Positions 41,736-52,003 of a stretch of DNA of 64,000 nt are shown piece by piece. Each line of letters starts with the position of its first letter. Within the stretch, counting starts at the first letter, position 1. A program made the position numbers and the translations under genes. Below the pieces are notes generated by a model that worked only from the letters and a program-made list of their open reading frames with translations, did no database searches and had not been told where the DNA came from. The stretch is from Candidatus Yanofskybacteria bacterium RIFCSPHIGHO2_01_FULL_41_26 (GTDB lineage: Bacteria; Patescibacteriota; Minisyncoccia; 2-02-FULL-40-12; GWA2-44-9), in NCBI GenBank assembly GCA_001794055.1, contig MGJB01000012.1, positions 1,124 through 65,123 of the forward strand. The letters run 5' to 3'.

Positions 41736-41985
41736 GATTGGATCTCCTTTCGTCGTTTTTGCTCCCCCTTGTTCAAGAGGTCGCATACGCCAGCGGGCTT
41801 CCGGGTACTTCCGGATTTGCCATAGCAGACAAAGGCCGAATAAATCAGCCACTCTATGCTAAGGCAAATCTCGCAAATTATATGAATAATCAAAGAACTA
41901 TAATATGTTTTAATTATACTCCTTTCCCATAAAAAGTCAAGTTATAAAAGTGGCTTAATTCAAGGTTTTTGATATACTTTCTCTT

Positions 41986-42951
41986 ATGCTCAAATTAGGC
42001 ATGATCGGGCTTCCGAATGTGGGAAAATCAACCCTCTTCAAAGCCCTGACAAATAAACAGGTGGATATTCAGAATTACCCTTTCACTACCATCGACCCGA
42101 ATGTCGGTGTTGTTGCTGTGCCCGATGAACGCCTAAAACCCTTGGCGGAACTTTCAAATTCAAAGAAAATAATTAACACAACCATTGAATTTTACGACAT
42201 CGCTGGACTGGTTAAAGGCGCCTCACAAGGCGAGGGTCTGGGAAATAAATTTTTAGCCAACATCCGCGAAGTAGATGCCATTGCTCATATGGTTCGTGTT
42301 TTTGAAGATAAAAATATAACCCATGTCCATAATAAAATTGACCCCGTTGGCGACATAGAAATAATCCAAACCGAACTTGAACTTGCGGATTTACAGACAA
42401 AAGAAAAAAGAAATGAGAAAAAAGATAAAGACCTGCCTGCCCTTGATTTATTGAGCAATAAAAAAGTGATTTTTGTGCTCAATGTCTCCGAGTCCCAAAT
42501 ATCTGAAGGATGGAAACCCGGACCCGAATTATTAAAAGCCATGGCCGGCAGAGATTATGTTGTTCTCTCTACTCCACTGGAACTGATCTTATCCGAAGCC
42601 ACAGAAGACGAGAAAAAAGAATACCTCGCGGGTTTTAACATGAAAGAACCAGGCTTGGATCTACTTATCAAACAAAGTTACAAAACTCTTGGCTTGGTAA
42701 CTTTTCTGACCACCGGAGAAGACGAGACCCGCGCCTGGACTGCTCACAAGGGTGACCTGATTCCCAAAGCATCCCGCGCCATCCACACCGATTTTGAAAG
42801 ATTATTTATCCGCGCCGAGGTTATCAATTGGAAAACCCTCCTTGAAGCTGGAGGATTAGTCCCCGCCCGCGCCAAAGGCCTCGTCCGCACCGTTGGCAGA
42901 GACTACATAATTCAAGAAGGTGATGTCGTAGAAATTCTTATTGGCAAATAA
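41986..42951 (+). CDS. ychF: Redox-regulated ATPase YchF
   Basis: [31 protein letters not shown] domain. Confidence 0.95.
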   Translation: MLKLGMIGLPNVGKSTLFKALTNKQVDIQNYPFTTIDPNVGVVAVPDERLKPLAELSNSKKIINTTIEFYDIAGLVKGASQGEGLGNKFLANIREVDAIAHMVRVFEDKNITHVHNKIDPVGDIEIIQTELELADLQTKEKRNEKKDKDLPALDLLSNKKVIFVLNVSESQISEGWKPGPELLKAMAGRDYVVLSTPLELILSEATEDEKKEYLAGFNMKEPGLDLLIKQSYKTLGLVTFLTTGEDETRAWTAHKGDLIPKASRAIHTDFERLFIRAEVINWKTLLEAGGLVPARAKGLVRTVGRDYIIQEGDVVEILIGK

Positions 42952-42976
42952 AAAGACCCCGCAAATAGCGGGGTAA

Positions 42977-43216
42977 TTAATCTTTCAAATACCTAACATA
43001 GAGATAACAACAGGCGATGCTACCTAAATTAGTAAGAACTATATAGAATGTTCTCTCGTAATTTAAGTTTTCGGTATTCCCAAAGGTGCAAAATAAAAAG
43101 TAAGGGATAGACCACACCAACCATATAATCAATATATCTCCAACAATTCTCAACAGGGTTAATATTCGCCCCAACCCCTTCTCCTTTACTTCGGTCTGTT
43201 TAACATAGAGTAACAC
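42977..43216 (-). CDS. Small hypothetical membrane protein
   Basis: Two hydrophobic segments; fills the gap; start uncertain. Confidence 0.4.
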   Translation of the reverse strand: MLLYVKQTEVKEKGLGRILTLLRIVGDILIIWLVWSIPYFLFCTFGNTENLNYERTFYIVLTNLGSIACCYLYVRYLKD

Positions 43217-43274
43217 AACACAGTTGACTTTTCAATGGTTGTTTGCTAATATTAAGCGTCATTAATAAATGGTT

Positions 43275-43344
43275 TTAGGACTTGAGAAATCCGCTAGCTT
43301 GCGGACCCATTAGAGGAGTCACTCCTCTCTATTTCTCAGACTAA
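43275..43344 (+). promoter_or_regulatory. Putative S6:S18 ribosomal-protein leader
   Basis: TGAGAAAT/ATTTCTCA closing stem, two inner hairpins and an unpaired CCC, directly upstream of rpsF. Confidence 0.5.
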
Positions 43345-43358
43345 TTTCATTATCACAA

Positions 43359-43805
43359 GTGAGGCAAACTAACTACGAATTAGCCTTCCACCTAAATCCA
43401 AACCTGGAAGGAGTCAGGGTTCAAGAAATTAAAGAAAAAATAGAAAATATTATAACCTCCAACAAGGGTGTTGTTTCTTATTCCAAAGAACCAGAAAAAA
43501 TAAGGTTATCTTATGAGATTAAACATGTGGGTAACAGTTTTTTCGGCTATATCCAGTTTAATTTGTTCGAATCCCAAGCTTTAGACGAGTTAAACGAACA
43601 GCTTAAATTAAATCCCGAAGCACTAAGATACTTGATAATCAAATTGCCTTCGGATTTACAAAAGAAGCAGTCCATGTTAAAACAGATTAAGATGAGAGAA
43701 AGACAGGAAAAAAGAGCTCAAACTAAGGCTGTCATTCCCACAGAATCCAAGCAAGAGTCCAAAGAATTAGACAAAAAACTCGAGGAAATAATTGAGGGAT
43801 TATAA
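43359..43805 (+). CDS. rpsF: 30S ribosomal protein S6
   Basis: NYEL, RLSYEIK, LRYLII; rpsF-ssb-rpsR synteny. Confidence 0.9.
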   Translation: MRQTNYELAFHLNPNLEGVRVQEIKEKIENIITSNKGVVSYSKEPEKIRLSYEIKHVGNSFFGYIQFNLFESQALDELNEQLKLNPEALRYLIIKLPSDLQKKQSMLKQIKMRERQEKRAQTKAVIPTESKQESKELDKKLEEIIEGL

Positions 43806-43810
43806 AAAAT

Positions 43811-44350
43811 ATGAATTTAAATAAAGTTTATTTAATAGGAAGACTAACCCAAGACCCGGAAACGAGATCTACTACAAGCGGCCAGAGCGTTACGACTTTA
43901 AGAATGGCAACAAACAGGGTCTGGAAAGATCTTTCCGGGGGCAGAAAAGACGCCACCGAATATCACACTGTAATTGCTTGGAGCCGGTTGGGAGAGATTG
44001 CGAGCCAGTATTTGAGAAAGGGCGGTTTGGTCATGATAGAAGGCCGACTTCAGACAAGAAATTGGACCGGAAAAGACAATGTCAAACGATATGTTACCGA
44101 GATAATCGCCGAGAGTTTGCAGTTGGGACCAAAGCCTGGCGGCGGACAGGGCAACTATTCTTCTGAAGTGACTGACATAAAAAATCCTTCGACCTATTCG
44201 ACAAGCTCAGGGCAGGCAGGCTCAGAACGAGGTTCCTCCCTGTCGCCCGTTAAAGATGCCGACATACCGATAATCGACGAAAATGAGCCGATGAACGCCG
44301 GAGTTGAAGAAGATGAAATGAGTATTAAAGAAAAAGATCTGCCATTTTAA
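43811..44350 (+). CDS. ssb: Single-stranded DNA-binding protein
   Basis: LNKVYLIGRLTQDPE, IEGRLQTR, DLPF tail. Confidence 0.97.
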   Translation: MNLNKVYLIGRLTQDPETRSTTSGQSVTTLRMATNRVWKDLSGGRKDATEYHTVIAWSRLGEIASQYLRKGGLVMIEGRLQTRNWTGKDNVKRYVTEIIAESLQLGPKPGGGQGNYSSEVTDIKNPSTYSTSSGQAGSERGSSLSPVKDADIPIIDENEPMNAGVEEDEMSIKEKDLPF

Positions 44351-44352
44351 AT

Positions 44353-44562
44353 ATGGAATGTAAATTTTGTCAGGATAATATATCGAGAGTGGATTATAAG
44401 AACACTCAATTCTTAAGGAAGTACGTCACTTCCCAGTTTAAGATTGCCACAAGCCGCAGGAACCAGCTTTGCAATAAACATCAAAGAAGAGTAGCCGAAG
44501 CGGTCAAACTCGCAAGATTCATGGCTATTATGCCATATACTCGAAACCAAACCGTCAAATAG
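44353..44562 (+). CDS. rpsR: 30S ribosomal protein S18
   Basis: CKFC, VDYKN, C.KHQR, ARFMAIMPY. Confidence 0.95.
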   Translation: MECKFCQDNISRVDYKNTQFLRKYVTSQFKIATSRRNQLCNKHQRRVAEAVKLARFMAIMPYTRNQTVK

Positions 44563-45052
44563 TCGCTCAAACTATATTCCCCCGACTCGACCGATAATAA
44601 AGCACCTCCAGCGGGCGCTTTTTATCTACATGCTCGACATTTCGCAGAACCAAGCCGAAATGCCTCCGCAAGTTCTCCCTGGGAGAGAATATAGCTTTCG
44701 CTTTTAATTAGAATAAAAAGACCCCGCGGACAAGCGAGGTCCCCTTTTTGTATGCCGGAAAGGGTATCCGGCCGACTCCTCGATGGAAGCCGCTTTTGTA
44801 ATTGGTGGGGCTAGTCGTTATCGGCCATCAGTGCGACATGCACTCGATCCGAGGGATTTACGCCCCCTCAGTTAACCTTGCCGTCTCCACCGGGAATCCC
44901 TAGCAGAGAGGTGATGAGTTATTGCCCCTACTTACCTCATCACCGATTTGAAAAAGAAGGTGGGGAAGTCTCCCCGAAATTAATCTCCAAAAAAAGATTT
45001 AGAAACTAATTTCGAGAGGCTGGGTTGATAACCCAGCCTACCCGGGACGAAC

Positions 45053-45163
45053 CTACGAAGGCCTCGCTTCCTTGGCCTCCTTCGAGGTCAAGACTTGGCC
45101 ATTCACGATGACGAAGGTCTTTTCCCCGACCCTCACCACCTGCTTCACCGGTACCTGCTTCAT
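45053..45163 (-). CDS. Putative 36-aa small protein
   Basis: MKQVPVKQVVRVGEKTFVIVNGQVLTSKEAKEARPS after AGGGAG; hairpin after the stop. Confidence 0.5.
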   Translation of the reverse strand: MKQVPVKQVVRVGEKTFVIVNGQVLTSKEAKEARPS

Positions 45164-45414
45164 TGGATTCTCCCTGGGACCACTGCTTAAGGAGAGTGGC
45201 ATTCCTGACCTTTCGGTCGTGTTATAGAAAGAACTCGCGAAGCGGGAAAGTGAGTAGCAGGATTCTACCTGCACCTCTGGCTCACTACGTGATCCCAATG
45301 GGAGTCCGGGTCTCTTCCAGCACCCTGCATCCGGGCCGCACCCCACCCCCAGCCTCGCGAAATTAAATCATATACCATACGACCTAATTTCGCAAGACTA
45401 AGCTTATATAACAT

Positions 45415-45443
45415 ATTATACTCTCCTAAAACCAAAATGTCAA
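45415..45443 (-). promoter_or_regulatory. Perfect consensus sigma70 promoter
   Basis: TTGACA-N17-TATAAT. Confidence 0.8.
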
Positions 45444-45610
45444 CCTTTTTTTCTTACCACATCCTCGAAGCCAATCAGCCCCAAGACTACCATTCGAACA
45501 CCCAGCGTGTGTTCTCATTGCCTTTCGTCAGTCGCTCTCCAATAAGAATTGGAACCATGCCCGCTTCCTTCCTCTAAGCGCGCTTTGTGACTGGTTAAAT
45601 TCTCGGTTGA

Positions 45611-45715
45611 GCGAATGCCTTATTCCAAAGAAGAACGTTCGGAGGCTACCCCGGGCCGAGAGAGAGCAAAAACCCAGCAGGGTTTTATGCGGTCTTCGTG
45701 GGATAGGGCATTCGC
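45611..45715. repeat. Structured 3'-UTR repeat, copy A (after recA)
   Basis: 78-bp core 45625-45702 matches 47248-47325 at 73/78; copy-specific closing stem. Confidence 0.85.
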
Positions 45716-45721
45716 GAAAGA

Positions 45722-46756
45722 CTAAGCTTCCAATACTGCTGCTGCCTTAATTTTAGTTACAATTTCTCGCTCCACCTTAGGATTTTCTTTGAGGAATTGG
45801 CGGGAGCCTTCTACCCCTTGGCCAAGCTTTTGTTCACCATAGTTATACCAACTACCAGCTTTAGCAAGAACACCATATTTGACACCTGTATTCACAACAT
45901 CAGAATAACGAGAAATGCCTTCATTGTACAAAATATCAAATTCACAAGTTCTGAAAGGGGGCGCGACCTTGTTCTTAACAATTTTTACCTTGACCCTGTT
46001 TCCTACTATTTTTTCAGCAGCTTGGATTTGAGCGGCCTTTCTGATTTCAATTCTTACAGAAGAATAAAATTTCAACGCCATTCCTCCTGGAGTTGTCTCG
46101 GGATTTCCGAACATAATTCCGATTTTCATTCTCAATTGGTTAATAAAAATTATGGAAGTATTTGATTTGGCGACAATGGCGGTGAGTTTTCTCAAAGCAT
46201 GGGACATCAACCGTGCCTGCAAGCCCATATGCTGCTGATCCATCTCCCCTTCTATTTCTGCCCTCGGCGTTAGTGCCGCCACCGAATCAACAACAATCAC
46301 ATCGATGCCTCCCGACTTAACTAATGATTCAACAATATCCAACGCTTGTTCACCTGTATCAGGCTGAGATATCAAAAGGTTTCCCAAATTAACCCCGATC
46401 TTTTTGGCATATTCGGGATCAAGCGCATGCTCGGCATCAACATAAGCGGCAACTCCGCCCTTCTTCTGGGCTTCGGCCACCACATGTAGACAAAGGGTCG
46501 TTTTGCCGGAACTTTCAGGACCGTATATCTCAATAACTCTGCCCCTGGGTATTCCTCCCACCCCTAAAGCCAAATCCAGCGAAATAGAGCCGGTCGGAAT
46601 GACATCCACATTAACCCTCTTCACATCCCCCAAACGCATAATAGACCCTTCGCCATACTTCTCTTGGATCTCTTTGACGGTCATATCAACGTGTTTGTTG
46701 TTTGTAGTTTCCTCTTGATGCTTCTTCGCCATTTTTGTTGAGAACGCTCCCCTCAA
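45722..46756 (-). CDS. recA: Recombinase RecA
   Basis: [33 protein letters not shown]; true start probably MAKKH. Confidence 0.98.
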   Translation of the reverse strand: MRGAFSTKMAKKHQEETTNNKHVDMTVKEIQEKYGEGSIMRLGDVKRVNVDVIPTGSISLDLALGVGGIPRGRVIEIYGPESSGKTTLCLHVVAEAQKKGGVAAYVDAEHALDPEYAKKIGVNLGNLLISQPDTGEQALDIVESLVKSGGIDVIVVDSVAALTPRAEIEGEMDQQHMGLQARLMSHALRKLTAIVAKSNTSIIFINQLRMKIGIMFGNPETTPGGMALKFYSSVRIEIRKAAQIQAAEKIVGNRVKVKIVKNKVAPPFRTCEFDILYNEGISRYSDVVNTGVKYGVLAKAGSWYNYGEQKLGQGVEGSRQFLKENPKVEREIVTKIKAAAVLEA

Positions 46757-46824
46757 AGCGGTTTTAAATTTATTTAATTATTTTAACAGCATTAATTATT
46801 AAAGCAAATTACTTTTCAACAAAT

Positions 46825-47172
46825 TTAAAACCGCCTTTGAGGCGGTCCAAAGATGTCATCCTGATATGCCTTACATCCGAGTTCAAATTCTGCGCGAGTT
46901 ACATTGTCAGGGTCAGGATATTTTTCGATTTGTCCAATGGTCGCCTTGAGTAGGCGCGGAATCCACATCCAACAAAGATTGTGGCCTTTCTGTTCAGCCA
47001 CTATTTCCAACTCTGTCCGCCAACGTTTTAATGTTTCTTCGGCTTCGCTGGCTCTGGCCGACTGGCGCATGACATCTTTTACTAATTCCTCATTTCTTTT
47101 TTTCAATCTTTCTATTTCATTTTTAAATTCTTCGTGTTCGGTCGGATATTGAGTTGCCACATAATTCTCCAC
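46825..47172 (-). CDS. Hypothetical protein with an N-terminal coiled coil
   Basis: 115-aa ORF; GHNLCW and GCKAY motifs. Confidence 0.55.
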   Translation of the reverse strand: MENYVATQYPTEHEEFKNEIERLKKRNEELVKDVMRQSARASEAEETLKRWRTELEIVAEQKGHNLCWMWIPRLLKATIGQIEKYPDPDNVTRAEFELGCKAYQDDIFGPPQRRF

Positions 47173-47228
47173 AAATCAAAAAGTGCTACCACATAGAGTA
47201 GCACTTTTTAAAAAATATCAAACTAGCT

Positions 47229-47343
47229 GTTAGGGGCGAGGCCTGATCCAAAGAAGAACGTTCGGAGGCTACCCCGGGCCGAGAGAGAGCAAAAATTCAG
47301 CATAATTTTATGCGGTCTTCGTGGGTCAGGTCTCGCCCTTAAC
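47229..47343. repeat. Structured 3'-UTR repeat, copy B (after ftsK)
   Basis: Same core as copy A, with a different closing stem. Confidence 0.85.
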
Positions 47344-47348
47344 CAAAA

Positions 47349-49544
47349 CTAAACTTCCTCTGTTTCATCTGCTTCCGCTTCGGGAGTATCGGCATTGATT
47401 CCCGTCTCCCCACCTATGAACTTTACTGGCTCCTGGGCTACCGTACCGTCTGGCCTTATATAAACCTCCCTCGGCTTAGCGCCGTCTCCCGGCCCGATAA
47501 CACCCTTTTCTTCAAGTATATCCAGCAAGCGGGCAGCGCGGGCATAACCGACGCGTAAACGCCTTTGCAACAATGAGGCCGAGGCCTTGCCGGCCAAGAC
47601 AACTGTTTCTTTGGCTTCGCCGTATAGATCATCATCGGTATCATCATTTCCTCCGCCAGTAAATCCTCCGCTGGAATTAATGTTGGCATTGAAATCAACT
47701 TTCAAATCATTTTCTTCACCTATTTCCATGTTCTCGGCTTGCGCCTTGATAAACTTCATAACATCTTTGACTTCTTTTTCGGTTACCATCGCCCCCTGCA
47801 ACCTGCGTGGTTTTGCTACATCACCAGCTAAGAAAAGCATGTCTCCTTTGCCCAGTAATTTCTCAGCTCCGGCCATATCAAGAATGGTTCGAGAATCAAT
47901 TTGGCTAGCTACCTGAAGAGCAACTCGGGAAGTAATGTTAGCCTTGATCAGGCCGGTAATAACCTCAACTGAAGGTCTCTGAGTAGACAAGATAAGATGT
48001 ATTCCAACCGCTCGGGACATTTGAGCCAAACGAACTATAGCTGCCTCCACATCACGCCCGTATGTAGCCATTAAGTCCGCCAACTCATCAATCACAATAA
48101 CAATAACCGGCATGATTGCTTTATCCCTATCCGCCATCTTTGCATTATATGAAAATATGTCTTTTGAACCGCTTTTTGAAAGCGAATCATAACGTCTATC
48201 CATCTCACTCAACGCCCATTTCAAAGCTCCGAGCACTTTTTTATTATCGATAATTACAGGGGTAATCAAGTGGGGAATATCGTTGAACAAAGTAAGCTCC
48301 ACGCGTTTCGGATCTATCAAAATTAATTTCAAAACCTCGGGAGAATGCTTATAAAGCATGGACAAAAGTATAGTATTGATACTGACGGATTTACCAGTGC
48401 CGGTCGCTCCCGCGATCATAAGGTGGGGCATTTTTTCAAGTCCGGCAAAAACTGGATTTCCCGAAACGTCCCTTCCCAAAGCAAGGGGTAGAAAATATTT
48501 AGATTTCTTGAAATCGTCATGGTCAAACATATTTCTCAAGCCGATCAATGCAACTTTTTTGTTCGGAACTTCTATGCCTACCAATGATTTGCCAGGAATA
48601 GGAGCTTCAATTCTGATTGGGTAAGCGGCAAGAGCCAAAGACAAATCAGAATTTAGCGCTGTAATACGAGATAGTTTCATGCCCACCGCCGGCCTCATGG
48701 TGAACTGGGTAACCGTAGGGCCGATAGAGACCTCGCCCATTTCCACATCAATCCCGAAGTTGCCTAAGGTTCTCTTGATGATTGATGCGCTGGCATTGAT
48801 ATCTCCCGTGATCGCTTCTTCTTGATCTTCATGCAAAAGATCTGACGGCGGAAGCACCCATTTGCCTTTTTTAAAATTCTTGATAACGAACTCTTTGTCC
48901 TCAACTTTTATAGGCTTGGCAACCAGAGCCGGTTTTCCGCCAGCTGGCGGATTCCCAACAACTTCGGAGCCTTTCTTGATGACGACATTATCAACCATCC
49001 GCCGGCTGGCAGATTCTTCCTCATCTTTTTTAGATATCAACCCGTAAAGAGGAACATTGAGAGATACAAGCAATGCAATCACAATGAGAGCAAAAAGAAT
49101 TATCAAAGAAGCGCTGAAACCCACGGACGACAAAAGAGGCGCTCCAAGAATAACCCCAAGATATCCGCCCTGAACTAGCCTAGTATCAAAATTCCCGTTT
49201 CCAAATATATAAAAAGTCCCCAAAATAGAACCGACAAAAAGCAAAGTCCCAAACACCGCACCATGATAAATATTCCTTGAAATTGATTTGATGAACGAAA
49301 GCCCCAAAATGACAAACGCCACAGGCACAATAAAAAACCCCCAGCCGAACAGAGAGCGCGCAAAAATATTAAAACCTTCGCCGGCCCAACCGGCTTTGCC
49401 CACAAAACTCAAGATGCTCAAAACTGCCAATATAAAACTGCCTATGCCGTAGATACTATTCTTAGTTTCCTGAGAAATATCAAACTTTGACACCTGCTCT
49501 TCCTTAACTTTTCCCTGCTTTTCCTTCTTTTTATGCCGTGCCAT
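47349..49544 (-). CDS. ftsK: DNA translocase FtsK/SpoIIIE
   Basis: 4-TM N-terminus, IAGATGTGKS, IDELADLM, TQRPS, gamma domain LLQRRL.VGY.RAAR. Confidence 0.96.
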   Translation of the reverse strand: MARHKKKEKQGKVKEEQVSKFDISQETKNSIYGIGSFILAVLSILSFVGKAGWAGEGFNIFARSLFGWGFFIVPVAFVILGLSFIKSISRNIYHGAVFGTLLFVGSILGTFYIFGNGNFDTRLVQGGYLGVILGAPLLSSVGFSASLIILFALIVIALLVSLNVPLYGLISKKDEEESASRRMVDNVVIKKGSEVVGNPPAGGKPALVAKPIKVEDKEFVIKNFKKGKWVLPPSDLLHEDQEEAITGDINASASIIKRTLGNFGIDVEMGEVSIGPTVTQFTMRPAVGMKLSRITALNSDLSLALAAYPIRIEAPIPGKSLVGIEVPNKKVALIGLRNMFDHDDFKKSKYFLPLALGRDVSGNPVFAGLEKMPHLMIAGATGTGKSVSINTILLSMLYKHSPEVLKLILIDPKRVELTLFNDIPHLITPVIIDNKKVLGALKWALSEMDRRYDSLSKSGSKDIFSYNAKMADRDKAIMPVIVIVIDELADLMATYGRDVEAAIVRLAQMSRAVGIHLILSTQRPSVEVITGLIKANITSRVALQVASQIDSRTILDMAGAEKLLGKGDMLFLAGDVAKPRRLQGAMVTEKEVKDVMKFIKAQAENMEIGEENDLKVDFNANINSSGGFTGGGNDDTDDDLYGEAKETVVLAGKASASLLQRRLRVGYARAARLLDILEEKGVIGPGDGAKPREVYIRPDGTVAQEPVKFIGGETGINADTPEAEADETEEV

Positions 49545-49602
49545 ATAGAATCAATTATAAGACATCGTGCAGATAAATCAAGAAATAAAAAAAAGCCAGC
49601 TA

Positions 49603-50358
49603 TTAGCTGGCACACCATACGAGAGCAGTGGCGTTGTCCTTAAGACCCCTTTTTTCAGCCCATTCCATAAGTTCATCCGCAGTAGCATTTCTTTTGGCAA
49701 ATTCTCTCACCTCTTCTACCAAACGAGGGGTGTCAGAATGTCCGGGATCAAAAAGACCATCAGACGCAACCAGTACCCACACCGGTTCGGCAATAGTATA
49801 AATTTCGGGTTCCCTGGAGAGAATACCATCTAGATGAGCATCGCCAAGAGCTCGGCTTATCTGAAGACCCTGAGCCAAATCGCTTAAATCACTCCAAATA
49901 TATCCACCACTATATATCCCGCCTCGTTCTTCAGCTGCTTTTCTTTCTTCAAGATTTGAACGCACATTATGTTCAGGACTTGTATGCAATCTACCCTGTT
50001 TGTCGTAAATTACCACTGGAGAGTCACCCAAAATTGCAACTGATGCGGTATTCAACTCCTCGGAAATTATTACGCCTGAAAAAGTTGATCCGACTGTGTA
50101 TTGACGAGTGGAACGGTTTAGGTCAGCAACCAATGAATTTAATCTGTGCTCTGGCTTTCCCTCGTTAAGCGCTATCATTCTAAAAATATTTTTTGCACAA
50201 AAACCAGCAACTCCTTCTCCGCCATGTCCATCCATAACAACCAGCAACCGCCATTTTCTGTCCGGAATATAAGTTTCATAATATCTATCCTCTTGATATG
50301 GTCTTGGTCCCTGTTTTACGGCAGATGTGACATTGCCTTTCATGTTTACCCCCTTCAA
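49603..50358 (-). CDS. PP2C-family protein phosphatase
   Basis: RPYQED, DGHGG, LGDS, SRALGD, ASDGL, DNAT. Confidence 0.92.
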   Translation of the reverse strand: MKGVNMKGNVTSAVKQGPRPYQEDRYYETYIPDRKWRLLVVMDGHGGEGVAGFCAKNIFRMIALNEGKPEHRLNSLVADLNRSTRQYTVGSTFSGVIISEELNTASVAILGDSPVVIYDKQGRLHTSPEHNVRSNLEERKAAEERGGIYSGGYIWSDLSDLAQGLQISRALGDAHLDGILSREPEIYTIAEPVWVLVASDGLFDPGHSDTPRLVEEVREFAKRNATADELMEWAEKRGLKDNATALVWCAS

Positions 50359-50455
50359 ATGTAAGCGAACTCCCCCTAAACTAACCCAAATCAGCCCTCA
50401 AGTCAACCCCACCAACTTCCAAAAACTATTTTTACTCATAGATTTTGGGGTTAGT

Positions 50456-50638
50456 TTATTTCTTCAATCCATTCCAAGCGAGACAGCCGGCAAAAACTAC
50501 ACCAACCAAACTAAACCATATGGGTATCGCCCACCCGTTAAAAACCACCTCCCAGCCACTTATCAGTCGTAGAGCATGCATTACCGCCACGACCGCAAAC
50601 ACAGTCCCCGTCACTTTTCGATAGGTGTTATTGTTCAT
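50456..50638 (-). CDS. Small 2-TM membrane protein
   Basis: VFAVVAVMHALRL...IPIWFS; start MNNN placed 6 nt after TATAAT. Confidence 0.7.
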   Translation of the reverse strand: MNNNTYRKVTGTVFAVVAVMHALRLISGWEVVFNGWAIPIWFSLVGVVFAGCLAWNGLKK

Positions 50639-50734
50639 GTTTAAATTATAGCATTTTTTATTCCCCACTCCAGACTTCAGCAGTTTAGCGATTCCTTCTC
50701 CTCCAACCCAAATAATTAAAAACCGCCTCGGGTT

Positions 50735-50965
50735 TTATTTTAAAACCGCGCTTGAAAATGGAACAGAAAATGCCCTGCACCATACCCAGACCTCGTTATA
50801 TTCCTCCGGGTTTATACTCTCCGAAACTTCATAGTTCTGTCCGCCAATATTACCCTTCAATGCGCCTATTCTTGCCTCACTTGAATATTTCCCATCTTTG
50901 CCAAAATAGACAAACAAGTCTGGCCCATTGGTTACCTTGAAATTATCTTCAAAAAAACTTTCCAA
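50735..50965 (-). pseudogene. DM13-domain C-terminal remnant
   Basis: NGPDLFVY, LKGNIGGQNY, VWCRAFSVPF; N-terminal half and signal peptide absent. Confidence 0.7.
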
Positions 50966-51048
50966 AAATTAGTTTTAATCATATTCCCATTATACCGACA
51001 AACGCATAAATCCAAAATCGTCTACTGCAACATATGTCGCATTTAAAT

Positions 51049-51879
51049 TTATGGCTGGAACAATTCCTCGGGTATAAAACTTACGCTTTCAACTCCTGGA
51101 AATTGTTTGGCAACTGCTTCTATTTGAAACCACAAAATTTCCACACGGCAAGAACCACCTCCTGTTTTGTTCTGTGGGTCTTTAAATTCTAAAGTTAAAA
51201 TTCCATTTTTCAACGATGCACCAATTAATTCTACGCCCTGAAGAGGAAATTCTGTAGTAATACCCGATGCCAATTCAGAGGCGGTCAAATTTCCCTGCAA
51301 CAAAAGACGAATGGCGTCCTGAATCGGTATTGCTGTATAAGAAATTTGGCGCTCAACAGAAACGAGGCCTTGTCTTGAACACATTATGTTCCCGCTTGAA
51401 TCTTTGTCGTTATCTGGATTGTAATAATAGAGTTTGACGGTCTGTTTTGATGAGGCTTGAAGATTAAAGCTAACTGGAACTTTAATTTGATTGGCATATT
51501 CAGGTAAATCTGATGGATTGTCTTTTTCAAAAACAAGATAACCTTTTCGTGTAGCAGGGGTTGCAAAATTCAATTCAGCTTCAAATTCCACAAAGTCGGT
51601 TACCATCCAGTCGGTTTTTGCTTGTGCTGGAACAACAGCCAGTTCTTTGCCGTTATCGTCAAAAAGTCGGACAGGAAAACTGGCTTCAAAAAACCAAGTC
51701 CCTCTAGCTTTGCCTTTAACAACAAGCGGAGAAGAAACTTCCTCAAAGGCAAACGGGCTCTCAAGCACAATTAAATCCTCATCTAGACAAGCTGTGAATT
51801 CGCAATACAAAATTCCGCTAATCACTATTGCTAATACCACAACAAATATCGTCCAGTATTTATGTCCTATCACACTCAT
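51049..51879 (-). CDS. Gmad2 Ig-like plus GerMN domain membrane protein
   Basis: G.ARGTWFFEASFPV, KDNPS, GGSCRV, KQFPGV. Confidence 0.8.
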   Translation of the reverse strand: MSVIGHKYWTIFVVVLAIVISGILYCEFTACLDEDLIVLESPFAFEEVSSPLVVKGKARGTWFFEASFPVRLFDDNGKELAVVPAQAKTDWMVTDFVEFEAELNFATPATRKGYLVFEKDNPSDLPEYANQIKVPVSFNLQASSKQTVKLYYYNPDNDKDSSGNIMCSRQGLVSVERQISYTAIPIQDAIRLLLQGNLTASELASGITTEFPLQGVELIGASLKNGILTLEFKDPQNKTGGGSCRVEILWFQIEAVAKQFPGVESVSFIPEELFQP

Positions 51880-52003
51880 AGATCAATCATACCTTCCAAC
51901 AAAACTCGGGACAAGCTTCACCCTCCCAAATCAAATAATCAAAAATCGCCCGTTGAAGTAGCCATAGGCTCTGATGTAATTGAGCCAGACAAGCACAGAA
52001 GTT

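Noticed and set aside
44750-45400. tmRNA, RNase P or SRP RNA
   Set aside because: No tRNA-like ends, GAGGAAAGTCC motif or SRP core recognised
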